NCBI GenBank assembly: GCA_030141605.1
Contig: JAQGDQ010000225.1
Span: 248,001-312,000 of the forward strand
Direction: 5' to 3'
Length of the DNA: 64,000 nucleotides
DNA from: Tubiluchus corallicola
Lineage: Eukaryota > Animalia > Priapulida
The notes below the pieces were generated by a model. The model searched no databases and was not told the origin of the DNA. It saw only the letters and a list, made by a program, of their open reading frames with translations. Position numbers and translations under genes: made by a program. Below are positions 26,710 to 40,317 of this stretch, piece after piece. Within the stretch, counting starts at the first letter, position 1; the number at the start of each line of letters is the position of its first letter.

Positions 26710-26900
26710 AGAGGATAAGAAAGGAAAGAAAAATCACGAGAAACAAAGAAAATCGAAGAAAAAGAAGGAAGAGAAGAAGAAATAAAAATTTGGAAGAACA
26801 TGTAAAATAGAAAGTATGACTGAATGCGAAAAAAGGCAGAAACGAAGAAAGAGAAAGAAAGAAGGAAAGAAATAAGAAAGTAAGAAGAAAGAAAGATTGA

Positions 26901-26932
<32 letters not shown>

Positions 26933-26949
26933 AGAGAGAAAAAAGAAAA

Positions 26950-26993
<44 letters not shown>

Positions 26994-27125
26994 AAAACGA
27001 AAGAAAGAAAGAAGGAAAGAAAAAACGAAAGAAAAAGAAAGGAAGGAAGAAAGAAAGAAAGAAAAAAGAAAGAAAGAAAGAAAGATATAAAAAGAATACT
27101 AAACAAGGAAAGGGAAAGAAAAGGT
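26710..27125. repeat. (GAAA)n purine-rich tract
   Basis: Degenerate GAAA tetramer runs. Confidence 0.92.
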
Positions 27126-27339
27126 AGAAGAGACTTAATCAGAGTGCTGACTACGCCCAACATACAGGTTAATCTTATAAAAACATTTATATCAAATCTG
27201 GTTTTATGATATTTATTAATTTGTCAAAAGAATTTCTATGAAAATATTTATGTTTTTGCAACAGACCTGACAGATTTCATAATTATATAAAGCAAATGTT
27301 TTTAACTGCCTTTTTGTCAAAAAATAAATCACGCAATAC

Positions 27340-27417
27340 CCGCCTCTCTGTCTGCCTGTCTGTTTGCCTGTTTGTCAGTCTGCTGCCTCTGTTTCTTTCA
27401 ATCTCCCTCTCTCTCCC

Positions 27418-27479
<62 letters not shown>

Positions 27480-27541
27480 CCCCCCTCTCTCTCTCAGTCA
27501 GTCAGGCAATCTGTCTGTCTAACTATCTGTCTGTCTAACTA

Positions 27542-27618
<77 letters not shown>

Positions 27619-27665
27619 CTCTATCTCTCTCCCTCTTTCCTTTCTATCTTCACCTTCTCTCTCTG
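27340..27665. repeat. (CT)n microsatellite complex
   Basis: CT runs interleaved with CTGT/CTAT units. Confidence 0.92.
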
Positions 27666-29269
27666 TTGCCTAATACCAAGCAGTCATCGCAAGCGATTAT
27701 TAAGTAATCAGATTGATATTTATGGCAGCTATCAGTGTACACACATTATCGCATCCTCGGCTGATTTTTAATATAATTTATACGACATTGTAGATTTTAC
27801 GCGTCAACGCTTCAGTTGATGATAGCAGACCGATTAACCACTTACCTGGGTAAACTCCCTATTTGGCGGAGTCGTCAGAAACATGCGTATTTCCCACACA
27901 AGGAAGAACACGTGGTGCATACGAAACTGAAAAATCAGCGCCAAAATTATAAATGTGCTAATGGTCTTGGAAATATTTTTCATACCGCGACGCAGGCAGG
28001 TGGTAATTACAATCGTGTTCTGTTCATGTTCAAGGTGTAAACGCATAAATATGGCGGGAGTCTGAATTAGGCGTACGGATTATGATTTAATACAGGTCAA
28101 TTATCAAATATGGGATTAAGTTATAAATAACATAGCTGTGACACGTATTTGTAGCACTGCGCATGCGCTCATTTGAAAAATTACGTATCGCAGTAATTAA
28201 CAGACCGCAAACAATTGCTTAAGTAAGCATTATAATAGCCCATTTATCTCAATCACAATCAGAAACTTTCTCTATAATTACATGTAGGTTTTCATCTGGA
28301 CAATTAAAGTATAAAACTAATAAAATTTCTAGACCAAGCATTGCAAAATGTTGCTGTTTTTGAAGTTTTTAGCTATTCAATACAAAATTATTTTGCAGAG
28401 AGAAAAACCTAAGATGTAAGAAAATATTGGTATGAGTTTCTTAAAATTTTACCACATGCAATTCATTAAGCATCATGTGAATTTTTAAAACAGGTTTATG
28501 AATCTTTTGTTCAAGACAAATAAATTTTCATGTGTTTTACGGCAATGCGTAATGTTCACAACAAGATCTAGCACATCTTAGACTTATAACTCTGCTTGCT
28601 ATTAAGAATAAAAGAATTATTATGCTGTTGAATAAATATAAGAATCAACAACTTTTTCCATCACTACGTGACGCAAATTTTTAATTCTCATAACTAATGC
28701 CTCGGAATTTTCAAAATTATCATCTCGACCGACACCTAGTAATTAATCCTTATTAAATCTTCAAGATATAAACTTGTTAGTTTGAAGATTTGTGTATTTT
28801 GGCTCCGGGTGTACGCCCAAGCGATGACTGTAAAAGTTAATTTGAGTAATTATCTCTCACTAACACGTGCTTGAAGGTTCCAAGAATATGAGAAACTAGA
28901 AAAAATATTTTTTCTATGTTCCACCAACCAGGTAACCAAAATTTTTCGAATCATTGCTACAAAAGTTCATTTAAGTGAACTGTTTTGCAAATATTTTCCA
29001 CAAACCGCATATTTTGGTATTATTTAATGCTGGGTCCGCTCTCCACTCAGAGATGAAGTGGCTAAAAATCTCCCCGAAATTCGGAGGGGTAATTTACTCG
29101 GTTAAGTGGGCGTGACATTGGAGTTTTGGTGAATAAACTAGTGAACAAACACTCACTTGATGGGCCAGGGGATTAAAGTATCAGTCTTATATTAGTAATG
29201 TGTGCAGGTGACTTTGACTCCCTCTCTGCGTAACTGGGATGTGAAAAATGCGCTCATGGTGAAATTTAA

Positions 29270-29774
29270 AGGAAAACCGCACGACCGTGTAGACATTAGT
29301 TCAAAATAAAGTATGCTCTAGGAAACTGAAAATTACAACAGCTTGTTTTAATCAAAACTTAGATTAAATAAAATTATCCCTCCGATTGTTAAAATTTTAA
29401 AGCTACGCGCGGCTCAACGAATCCACGAATTCGTGCGGCCGAGATTTAGACATGGTACCTGATAAGCGTGATTATGAACTCCAGTTTTCATTTGTGAAGT
29501 CAATGTGACATAGGGCTCATTTTCGTGCTATTACATCAGCGTCTTATTGCAATCTTCCCTCACGCAAACGTGCTTGACCCGCTGGGAAGATGTCTACCAT
29601 TGCACAAGTTTTGGTTAGTTAGTGACGCAAGCGATAGCGATATTCTGTTAATTATCTTTCCAAGGCAATTATTTAAATATTAGAAACAATTGCTAACTTT
29701 TATAGGCAAGAAATAGTATATTTTGGAAAGTAAAATAAAATGAGATTGGGTCTAATTACCCGTCTGGTTTTCCT
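29270..29774. mobile_element. TTAA-flanked non-autonomous element (Kolobok-like)
   Basis: TTAA|AGGAAAACCGCACG ... CGTCTGGTTTTCCT|TTAA (12 of 14 TIR match). Confidence 0.7.
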
Positions 29775-30802
29775 TTAAGCAAAAAGTTGTGGATTGGAGA
29801 ACAAAACATGGCTTGCGTGTTGTGTTCTTCTTTTCATTTCGCTTATTAAAATAAATAGACTAACAAATTCACGGTATAATTTCACATTTGCAATTAAAAG
29901 CTTAAACTAAGCAGAAAACGCAACTCGCTTCTCATTCTCCACCTTTTATATTCATCCGCCTAAGTTGAAAATAATTCTTATCAAGGACATTCATTAGGTT
30001 CGAAACATTTAAAATTACTAATTATTATTAAACTAGCAAAAAACTTTAGTTTATATTTGAGAAGAAACACAAGAGATTTAAATTACAGTATCTTTTATAC
30101 AAATTTAACAAATTTGAGACCAATTTAAAGTTTGCGTAGTGCATAAGAACATTTCAAGCCGCGAGAAACTTTCTGACACCTTGCATTGTTTGAAGGGGTG
30201 GATAGTAATATTTCAGGTATACTACTGCTATAGTTACTACATAATAGTTATAGTCAACTGCGGCAGTGTGTTTTTTATAAAGTATAGCACTCTGCAAGTG
30301 AGGATCGAAGTTACTTGATGCAAATGCTTATGGCGAGACAGGAACCTATCAAAAATATCTCTAAAATGAGATATTGAATCGGCAGAAGTGTATTGGATGA
30401 TCACACGCCCTTCTCCAATGGGGAAAATATTTAGAAACAATATAGCGGATAGACATGCAGAAACATTTTTCTGGTGGTCAAATTATCATCTATCAACTTA
30501 TTAACCCAGCTCGGCGCTACTTAACTTTGTATGAAGCGCACATATCGTGATCAGTCAGCTCTTGCTTTATTCCTCAGCATACAATACGTGTAACGCATTA
30601 ACGTATAATGCTTGGCACTATATAAGAAGGCTCCTAAGTAAACGTATATAGTCGCGACTACTAATTTACGCATGTAACCGTTGTTATATATTAACACGTG
30701 TTGATATAACAATAATATATTATATATTAATACGTTGCCTTAATATTATATATGTTAACTTGCGTATGTGGTATATTAACCGCTATAGTTCTGTATACAG
30801 GA

Positions 30803-31108
30803 CTGACCACGCATTTAAACTAGCGAGTTTTCTGTCACAAGCTTTCTCTCTAATTCTCAAGTGTGAACTGCTTTGTGAGTTACTGTCAGTAAGTTATTGC
30901 AAAATCTCCGACAGTTGCTCCGAGTTGATTTACTGTCTAGTGTGAACGCCTATGCGAGTTACTCTCGACACTTTTTCGGTGAATAGAGAAGTGGAGTTCA
31001 GCTTGCGCTTACTGTCGGAAGGTAACTCACAGCAAGTTTTCCTCACTCGTCTGAACACGGCGAGTTACTTGGGCGAGAAAATTCACTAGTTTGAATGTGC
31101 TCACCTTG
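30803..31108. mobile_element. Degenerate MITE (Harbinger-like)
   Basis: Inverted ends CATTTAAACTAGCGAGTTTTCT / AGAAAATTCACTAGTTTGAATG; internal repeated GAGTTACT motifs. Confidence 0.55.
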
Positions 31109-31769
31109 TAAAACATAATTGCTTTTTGTTTCCATTTAGACAAATTCTATTTAAATTAAAGCCAAAGCGGTATGTTCTTTTATATGTGAAATCTTTCAAG
31201 TCTCGTCCACGTCATGATGATGATATTTACGTTTACTGATGTATAAGGATTTTAAAATAGATGTTCAAAACTTCCTCAACATTATATACGTGCTCAAAAT
31301 GAATAATATAAATACGGTGACAAATCTTTTGACACAGGAGCATCTACATGCTTTTTCATTAACTTATGTAAACATTTATATTATTTTCACAGATTATAAT
31401 CTGGAAATTGCTACATTAATGATAAACTCTTTATTCTATTTTTTCTCTCTGCATTTTTCAATACTTTCAAACGCAAGAATTAAATCAATTCTTGGGGAGA
31501 CGGCATGTGCTTAAAACATGTCAGTTAACATATCTACACATATACATGGTTATAAAATGCAAATTATCACTTGTCATAATTATAAAAATAAATATTTTTT
31601 TTATTTTTTCGCGCATATAATTTTACAAATGGATTAAAAATAAAATACGTGCTGCTTTTATTAGATTTTGAGAATGAAACTAATTTCTCTTCACTGCGGA
31701 TGGTACAAACCGAGAATTAATTAAGTTCTGATATCAAACACAAAAGACGGGAAAAGTGAAAAAATTGGT

Positions 31770-31838
31770 ATGCGGTTTGGATTAGAACCATGGACCTTCA
31801 GATTATAAGGACGACGCCATGACCGCTAGGCCACTGTG
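31770..31838 (-). mobile_element. tRNA-derived SINE head; similar decayed heads near 39300, 46400, 54330, 56390
   Basis: Pol III A box TGGCCTAGCGG and B box GGTTCTAATCC at tRNA spacing, but no pairing acceptor stem. Confidence 0.55.
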
Positions 31839-34800
31839 TTAACCGGTAATTTTGACACCCCACACAGTTCATCCCTTATCTTGGTCAAACATTTCAGCGT
31901 AACCAATACAAGGTTGTTCACAATAGAGTGTTTCTAACTAATTAGATGAATTTTAATTAATTGATTTTGAACCTGAAAATTAACGATAATCTTGACATCA
32001 AGATTATATCAGATTTTCTCTTCACTTCACAAGCACTTCACCTCACATCACTGAACATGCCTTAGTGGAATGAACAAACGATTTTTGAGCTTTTGACGAA
32101 ATTTCACAAAGTCCCTGGTGCAAATCCAAACGAAGTTAAAGTTTTCCACTTTTTTTTCGAGCCAAGTTTTATTTGAAAGATTCAGTATTTAGGAGAACAA
32201 ATTAGCCAATAATCTTTAAACTCAGATTACAAAAAAATAATTACCATGTGGAGATTACCATGTAATCTTGCCCAAATGTATAAGAAAATTACTGTTCATT
32301 TACACCTGTTGTTACTGTCTCTACCAATAAAGAAGTACGCCATCGCAATAAATCCAAGTAAGATAAGAATGCTTGAAATTTTTGTGAAAAATATTTCTAA
32401 TTATAAAATTCGTTTCAGACATTTATTCAACTTCTTGGCTGTTTTAACTCTTTCGCGCTGGTCTCTGAATTGCGTTTTCAACCCGTGAATCATTTACCTC
32501 GTCAATTCATACCTCATCCTCAAACCAGGAAGCAGTTTAGATTCAGAAGTTGATATAGAAGCCGCACAAAAGACAGGTAATGCCAGGTATTCGATGAAAA
32601 TTAAGATAAGCCGGAGTGGAGGATAATTCATTTGCAAGCCTAAAGCGCGTACGTCGGTGAGTATGACTGCCGTTGCGGTTTGCGTGGAAGTTTCCAGTTG
32701 CGAATAAAAATAAACTATAAATATAAATATAAAAATAAGTTATAAAGTGAAATACTAATCTAATTTTTATTTTGATTAATATGAAATTTATTCAGGAAAA
32801 TAAAGCAATTTTATTATGCAGTTAATATATAGGCAAAAGGTTATAAATGTCGGTGCAAGAAGCTTAGAATCTTTAATGCGTTCATAGTCAAAAAGGCTAC
32901 GGCAACGGCAAATAATACGGCCAATCAACGAAATTATGATCTTACTTGTAAACTGTAGTTGTTAATCTTTATGGTTAAATAGAGGTTTACATAGAATGAG
33001 ATGAATTTAACATTAAACAATAACATTAATTTAACGCGCAAGAAAAAACTGTTCATAAGTAAAGCTTAAAAATTAGTTTCGAAATTTTGTATCACTTGCA
33101 TGCTGTCTTATTGCATACAGAACTTGCGTTAGCCTGTAGAGTAACGCTGTACAAAACTTGTAGAAACTAAACTTCCACGATGACTGTCAGGTGCAGCCAT
33201 TTTGACAGTAAGTCGTTTGAAACAAGTTTAAATAGTGCGTATTGCGTAAAGTTTGAAAAAATAATCTGAGTATGCGTGGCAAACACTTCATCATCTAAGC
33301 AGAAGTTTAAATTACTTTTTATTGCCAATAATATTAATAATGTGGTTTTTTAGTGATTCAGTGGTGCACACTGGGATGGTATTCATTTGGCGCAAACATT
33401 CTAAATTATTCTAAAGTTTATTTTTCAATTACATAAGTCTTTCAAACAGATTTAAATCTCGTTTTCCTACTAAATCACATATACTAAGTTATTGTAAATT
33501 GCGTTCTAAGCTGACTGCACAGAATTTGAACTGGTTTAAAACTGTGTTACATTTCAGCACTTTCATTGCCAATTTTACTCCAACATTACCCACTCTAAGT
33601 GCGTACAATCAGTTGGCAGGTTAAGCATTATTTATACACTCATCTTGAGTATACAGCTCTCGAGTACATCTTCTCTGGGTGAATTTTCGAATTACTAAAA
33701 GAGGCGTCTATACCTCTCTACGCCGAGTTTATCCGCGTTTGCGTTTGGGTGATACAAGGGAGTCCTTGTTACTCTTACATCGTAAATTGGATGGTATGAT
33801 GACGATGATGATGATTTTAGGTAGTGATGATTTTAAGTGCAAGTACAGTCTACTCATGTCCATCTGTTTACAGCCTACAAGCTCGTGTATAGTAAATATA
33901 AATTAGTGTTACAATTGAATACATGTGTACGTTACAGTGTATACGTTCCTGACTTCCTGTGGTTGGCGTTTTAGATTAATTAAAATATTTAAAAATGTGA
34001 AAAAATTATCCGCTTGATATCTAAACTGAAATTATCAAACAAAATACGCATGCGCTACATTTTGAAAAAAATGCTGAAAATAATTTCATCGCTGGTCTTA
34101 AAGACCTGGGTTCAAATCTAGGCTTATTTATGAATTTTTCTCGTCAGGTCTGGTTTCCCGAGCCTCGCAATTGTAGGTAGATTTTGCAGTTGGATCTCTG
34201 AATTACATGGCAAAATTAGCCGAGAAAAAAATGCTGGACATTTTTTGTACTAACACCACTTACGTTTCAATGAAGATGATGACGATGATGATAATGATGG
34301 CGACGACGACGACAACGGCGACGACGATGATGATGATCTGGTGATGATCATGATGATCATGATCGTGATCATGATGATGGCAGCGACCTCGATGAAAAAT
34401 AACGTATACACTTGCGCTGTTAAGTAAAATTCATTGCCACGGGAAATTTCGTAATTCTTATTAAGCACAAACTTAGACTTCTTGTTTAAATTAAAGGAAA
34501 AAGTTAAATTCACAGTTCTGTACTAAATTAAAACAGGCGCTTCGCTAATGAATTATGGTTCTATGTTATTACAACTCCAAGTCAAGAGGAAAGCTTGTAA
34601 CATCAAAATATCTAGACCAACTTAATTCGAGCAATCAAGAATCTATTAATCTAATATGAAGCTGTAGTAAGCTTTTAAATAATCGAAATAATCATAATAC
34701 GTTTCATAATACATGTATAAATTGCAATGTAAATTGCATAATATTTTCTTGATCCCTTGTAATGACAATGTCGAACTAACTTTTAGGCTTGTCAAACTAA

Positions 34801-37800
34801 CTAAATTACTTGCTGATATAAATTAACTAATATACATATGGCAGTATAGGTAATTTACTTAAATCGAAGTTATAGAACTAATTTGTATATAGTCAGACCA
34901 GCTAAAACTTTAGCTGCAGTGATAACACGTGTGCAGTAACGATACTATTTATTTGCAAAAAACGATTAATGACTAAATTAGTTACGTGCCATTCGTAATT
35001 TGCTTAATAATTGTAAGTGTCTGGAAATTATAATTATCCATCTACTATGAACTGAATAATTTTTAAAATTCATTATTGCAGCTTAAAATTCGGCGAAAAT
35101 TATTCAATATTCACTATTTAATTTCAACGCTATTTCAACAACATTTTAAGTTAATTGAGTTTATAAATTTAATTACAAAATCTCGAAGCAGCTTGACAAT
35201 AATAATATTAGGGAAGCAGTAATCTAAAGTTAGTCGAACTAAGACTGCCCATTGTCCACTGTAACAGGTTGACATAATGTTACTGTAAATTAATCAATAA
35301 CTATTCGCATGGGTGCAATTTCATTAAAGATCTGGATATTATTATGGTGCACCAAACAATATTAATTTTGTGATTTCTGCAACGATAACAATTTCTGATC
35401 CTTAACGATTTTTAAGCTTATTTACAATTTACAAATTAAAAATACCAATGTTAATTTACCTTAAAAAGCTTTTGTACCTATACAAATAAAATCATGCGAT
35501 GCGACGTATATAGTACAGTTTGAAATAATAAAAAGTTGTCACACTGGTTTAAATAAAGTTACAAAAAACTTTTACACAACAATTTTGTACTAAGGAATAC
35601 TTCGAAGCAGTTCTTGGATCAAACTAATTGTTTTTCCGAACAGTTTTTGGGATTTTTAAAGAATTGTGGTTTATAAAATCTATTTCAGAACTTGAATTTG
35701 TTAGACCTACCTGCTTATTTGTATAAATTCCGTAAATAACTCCTTTTCTTAGTCCTTTTATTAAGATTCTCTTTAAACGTCTTTTCCACCACCAACACAA
35801 AATATTTTTCACTCTCTCTTAAACAGGTATTAAGTCAAAACTGCCAAACTACGTTGTGATTTTTAATATACCAGCGCGCAACGGGCGCTGATTGGTCAAT
35901 TTTTCTCTGACGTCACCGGACAGGTGCATGTATTCATCTAGGCAATTTTTCACTAGTCTGTTCGGAGCTGAGCCAGGGAAAATTCTGCAAACATTGTTGG
36001 TTAAACTGTGAATTAACTAAGAAGTTCAGGGATGACACACACTGTGACATGCACACTCAAACCTCTGTACCTCCTATACTTGAGCTTAGACATAAAAAAT
36101 AGCGACGAACCAGCGAGGTAATTAGGTCGTTCTCAGTTGACCAGCCGTTTTTCCTGGGTGGATGGATTTAACAAACACATTATTTAACACGCTTATGAAG
36201 ATCAGGATTTATGTGAGCTTAAAACATGCCGAAGTTGCGGACCCAGGGGGTGCGGAGGGTCACACTTGAAAAACCCCGCAGTGTTTTGCTTCAAGTTAGA
36301 AGGTTATGAATGCTGAGACACATGTCTCAAATGTCAAATCTATTACTAGAATTAATGAAAATAGTCTATTTAAAGATAAACATGCAATTAGCATTAATGG
36401 TAAGCGTTTACTGAGACCACGACGACCCCGTTTCCTCGTCCGTCTCTTTTGCGATAGATCCGACCTAGCCGCATGCGATACAAAGCCAGTATTGTGCAAA
36501 TTGTAGATAAAAAACCTCCTATTCCGAACATTCTCACAGCAACAGTCAGCAAGGCTAGACTATACACACAGCAGTTATTATCAGACTTTGCTAAATGCAA
36601 AACAGCTATAATATATAGTTATACATTATTTAAAGTAAAACAGGACCTAAAATTACAAACATAATTATAAAAATATTAAGACACTTACTCACCACAGATT
36701 GGTTGAATTTTTTGTATTTAGTTATGCATTACCTAAGTGTAAAAGGTTTTTGGTTCCACTAAAATCTCACCTTACATTTTCAAGATTCAGAAAGCGATTG
36801 GTTATTGTTTTTGATTGATTGCCGTTTAGCAACAAGTTTCTAAACTTGACTATGCATTAAACAAATATAAAATTCCGACGTTGAATTTGATCCCGGGGCC
36901 TGGGGGTAAGAAACTACCTGAAGGTTAGCCAAGTCAAAGTTAAACTGGAGTTTTTGGTATTATTTTGATATTTTTAGTGACAATTTATTACTTGTTGTGA
37001 CTTGATTGGAAGTTTTTTATGCCTACTCAGCATATGAATGGTGATGGGGAAAGCGAATTATTAAGATACGCAGCCATAACTGCCAGTATCAACTTAAAAG
37101 AGAAGAAAAGACCATTTTAGAGTTTGTCCCAAAAACTTTCCTACTAATGTTATATTACTTAGCATTGCGCCTACCTGCATGAAAGACTTATGCAACTAGA
37201 AAAGAAAATTCTTAGTAATTTACAATCTTCGCGCCAACTGTAAAACGTCACTGACTCACCTTCCCAGTGTGCACCACTCACTCGTCAAAAACATAATTTT
37301 AATCGGTAGATTTCGATTAAGAGCGAACACATAGAGAGACTGCTAGCTTACGTATAGAGCAATACTTCAAAAATGTATCGCTCAAGGACAGTTTCCACTT
37401 AACAACTGAAAGCAGTTTTGCCCAACATCATCGCGAGAGTTTAGATTTACAAATTTTAACAGAATTATTGTCAATGCAAGCTCTGCATGCAATAAGACAA
37501 CATATAGGTGATACAAAATTTCAAGACGATTTCAGCTTTATGTAAGTAAACGATTTTCTTGTGCTTTAAACAAAGACATGGCTATTTATAGCAACCCAGT
37601 CAAATAATGTTGAAATTGTGATGAGAATTTAAACATTGCAGGTGATTGAATTGGTATAAATAGCCACCTCTTTGCTTATTTGGATGCTACTCAAGAGTCA
37701 TTTTCTCTGTGGAGTTTATCAAAATCCAGAGTTTCATCCTCAGACTTACACATAGATCAGGCCTATTTATTGATTAATGCTCTAAGTCATGTAGTTATTG

Positions 37801-40177
37801 ATCTTTTTTTTAATATTATAAGGATGAATTCGTATTTCAGAATTTCACAGCTTTATCGAAATTGCTACGAATCAATAAAATACGTTCTATTTTCTTCCAT
37901 AATCATTCATTTCCATTTGTCTGCTGCACACAGCGGTAAAGCAGAATCCCCGTACAAAAAATGTGCTACTAAGTTAGACAAAATGATCTAACACAGCATA
38001 TCCACATTAAATTTTTGAACAATTTTGCTTGGTTTTTTCTAGCGAAGAATCAAATAGTTTAAGTTCTCTGTCAAACGGTGTTACTTTTGCTAAAATTATT
38101 AGCAGAAACGTTAATCCATCCTAAGAAATCTCTACTAGTTTGCTATTTCTGGAACGAGGATAGCGCACTTTCAAGGCATCAATTTTTGAAATAGGCATAT
38201 AAGCATAGCTCTCTTAATTTAAATATGCAGAACGTTAGTTACTAAGTGAAAAATTAGTTTTTTCTAAATATTGGTAGTACGTCCGACCTTGGTATTTTGT
38301 TACCCAGAGGTGAATTTGGGCTTGGGAAATTTCAAACGGACAGATCAGATATGATAAACTATTAAAGCAGTTCATTTGCTGAAAGACAGCAGTACTTTTA
38401 AAAATAGCTTTCAACGCAAAATTGGTACCAGTTTATTCCAGACAAACTTTCAAGTATCAATGATAAAAATCGATTACAAGTTTTACAGCAGAACGGTTCA
38501 TTTTGAGATACGGTCTTTACATAGACAGGTTGTTTTATTCTCTGCCAAACGGAGGTGGCTCCCATCTAAAATGGGGCATCTGTTCCGAAAACATAGTAAC
38601 TCTAGTTTAGTGATAATTAATTATAACTGTAATCAATGTATCGATTGATTTAATTAAGTTAAGCGTTTTAAAATAAGTAACATCAGTAAAAATAAAACTG
38701 AAAATTTTCACTATGTTAAAAAAATGATAATTGAGAATTTAAATGATCTACTATGTAAGTAGGTCATATATATATAAATGACAATTAAAAGTAACACCGC
38801 TATATTAGATGGTGTGAAGTCTAGTTATGTCCCTAATATTAATGTGTGATAGACATCACTAGCAAGGCCCGTCTCTGATGTGAAAAGCTTGGTCAACCAT
38901 ATCCGCAGCAATGCAGACAATCCACGTTTGCCTCGCTCTTAGTCTCACAGTTTCTTGTGACTAGAGAGCTCGTAAAAAGAAAGGATGTTCATACAAGATC
39001 TATATTACACATATATAAAGCCTTACTGTAAAGTGAAAATTGACACACGTTCGTAGAGGACTTGAACCTACAGGCTGACTGACCGAACTACTCCACCAGA
39101 ATGCTTTCATAAACTACGCGGATAGTTTAGAGTTGGAATCAAACTTGTATATTTACTAGTCTCATGGCACTCAAACAGAAAACAGAGTTTATTGAGGTAA
39201 TTACTGTAGTATACAAAAATAGTATTTTAACTTAAACAAAATAAACAATTTACGCTTTACAACAGACGGTATAAGTGTAATAGTTAACTCGTCTGCTTTC
39301 CAGCTCAGAGGTCTCGAGTTCGATATCGCGGCCAGGCTATGCCAAAGACTCTATAAATCGTACTAGCTATATTGCACGGTATTTAGGGTAAAAGCGTTGT
39401 CTGTTGAGTTTAAAGTTATTCAATTTAATTAAATTTAAAATCATACTCAAAGATTTAAAGAAATAAACACCACCCAACTCTACTCTTGTTTAAGGTGGAT
39501 ATATCAGGCTGCCAAAACTCGCTTCGCCTTTTCTTTGTTTTCCAAAGTGCTACACACCTATATAAAACTTATTAGTTTTGAAGCTGTTGTAAATTAAACC
39601 CATAAATTTAAATTTTACAGCAATTTTAAGTATGTGCGTTTTCGGTCACCCTGTTTTATAATTTGCATTCGAACGTGATTTGTGTTTAAACCATAAAAAA
39701 AAACTTATAATAACGTTTATCAAACGTCACCACCATCACGAACCGAAACAAAAGAGTTCGCTGGTGTTCTTACACAAATTACTGATCCCTTTAGGATTGT
39801 TTGAGTAGCAAACACTGAGAGGGAAAAAAATTGAAATTATAACCAGCAAGACGTTTAAGTAACAGCTCTGTTCAATAAGGAACTTGCTTTACTGTCCTGA
39901 GCCGTGTCTAATTACGAGTTTTTATTGTAAAACAAATATCAGATTTAACAAGTCTAGTTTTTAACTCCAGTCAAACTGGTTGCAAGAATCAAGAACATAG
40001 GGCCCAGTGGCCGCTCTCTGATAAGTGACGTCACTATTGAAAAATGACGTCAAGCGAGGGGACTTGCTACGGTCTACAGCTAGTATTCAAGATTATCGCT
40101 CTAAGCTAAGGACAACTATTATATACTTGGAAAACCCAAAGCCTTAGATCTGACTGCGGCACGCCCGTTTCTCGTAC

Positions 40178-40317
40178 ATCACATTACTGATTTTTAGGTA
40201 CTCATAAATCACATTATTGATTTTTAGGTACTCATAAATCACATTATTGATTTTTAGGTACTCATAAATCACATTATTGATTTTTAGGTACTCATAAATC
40301 ACATTATTGATTTTCTA
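40178..40317. repeat. 30-bp tandem repeat, ~4.6 near-identical units
   Basis: ATCACATTATTGATTTTTAGGTACTCATAA repeated head to tail. Confidence 0.95.

Noticed and set aside
27838-27870. U1 snRNA 5' end (ACTTACCTGG)
   Set aside because: Downstream sequence does not match U1; it is simply the complement of a consensus splice donor.
31770-31838. Functional tRNA gene
   Set aside because: A and B boxes are present but the acceptor stem does not pair and related decayed copies are dispersed, indicating a SINE head.
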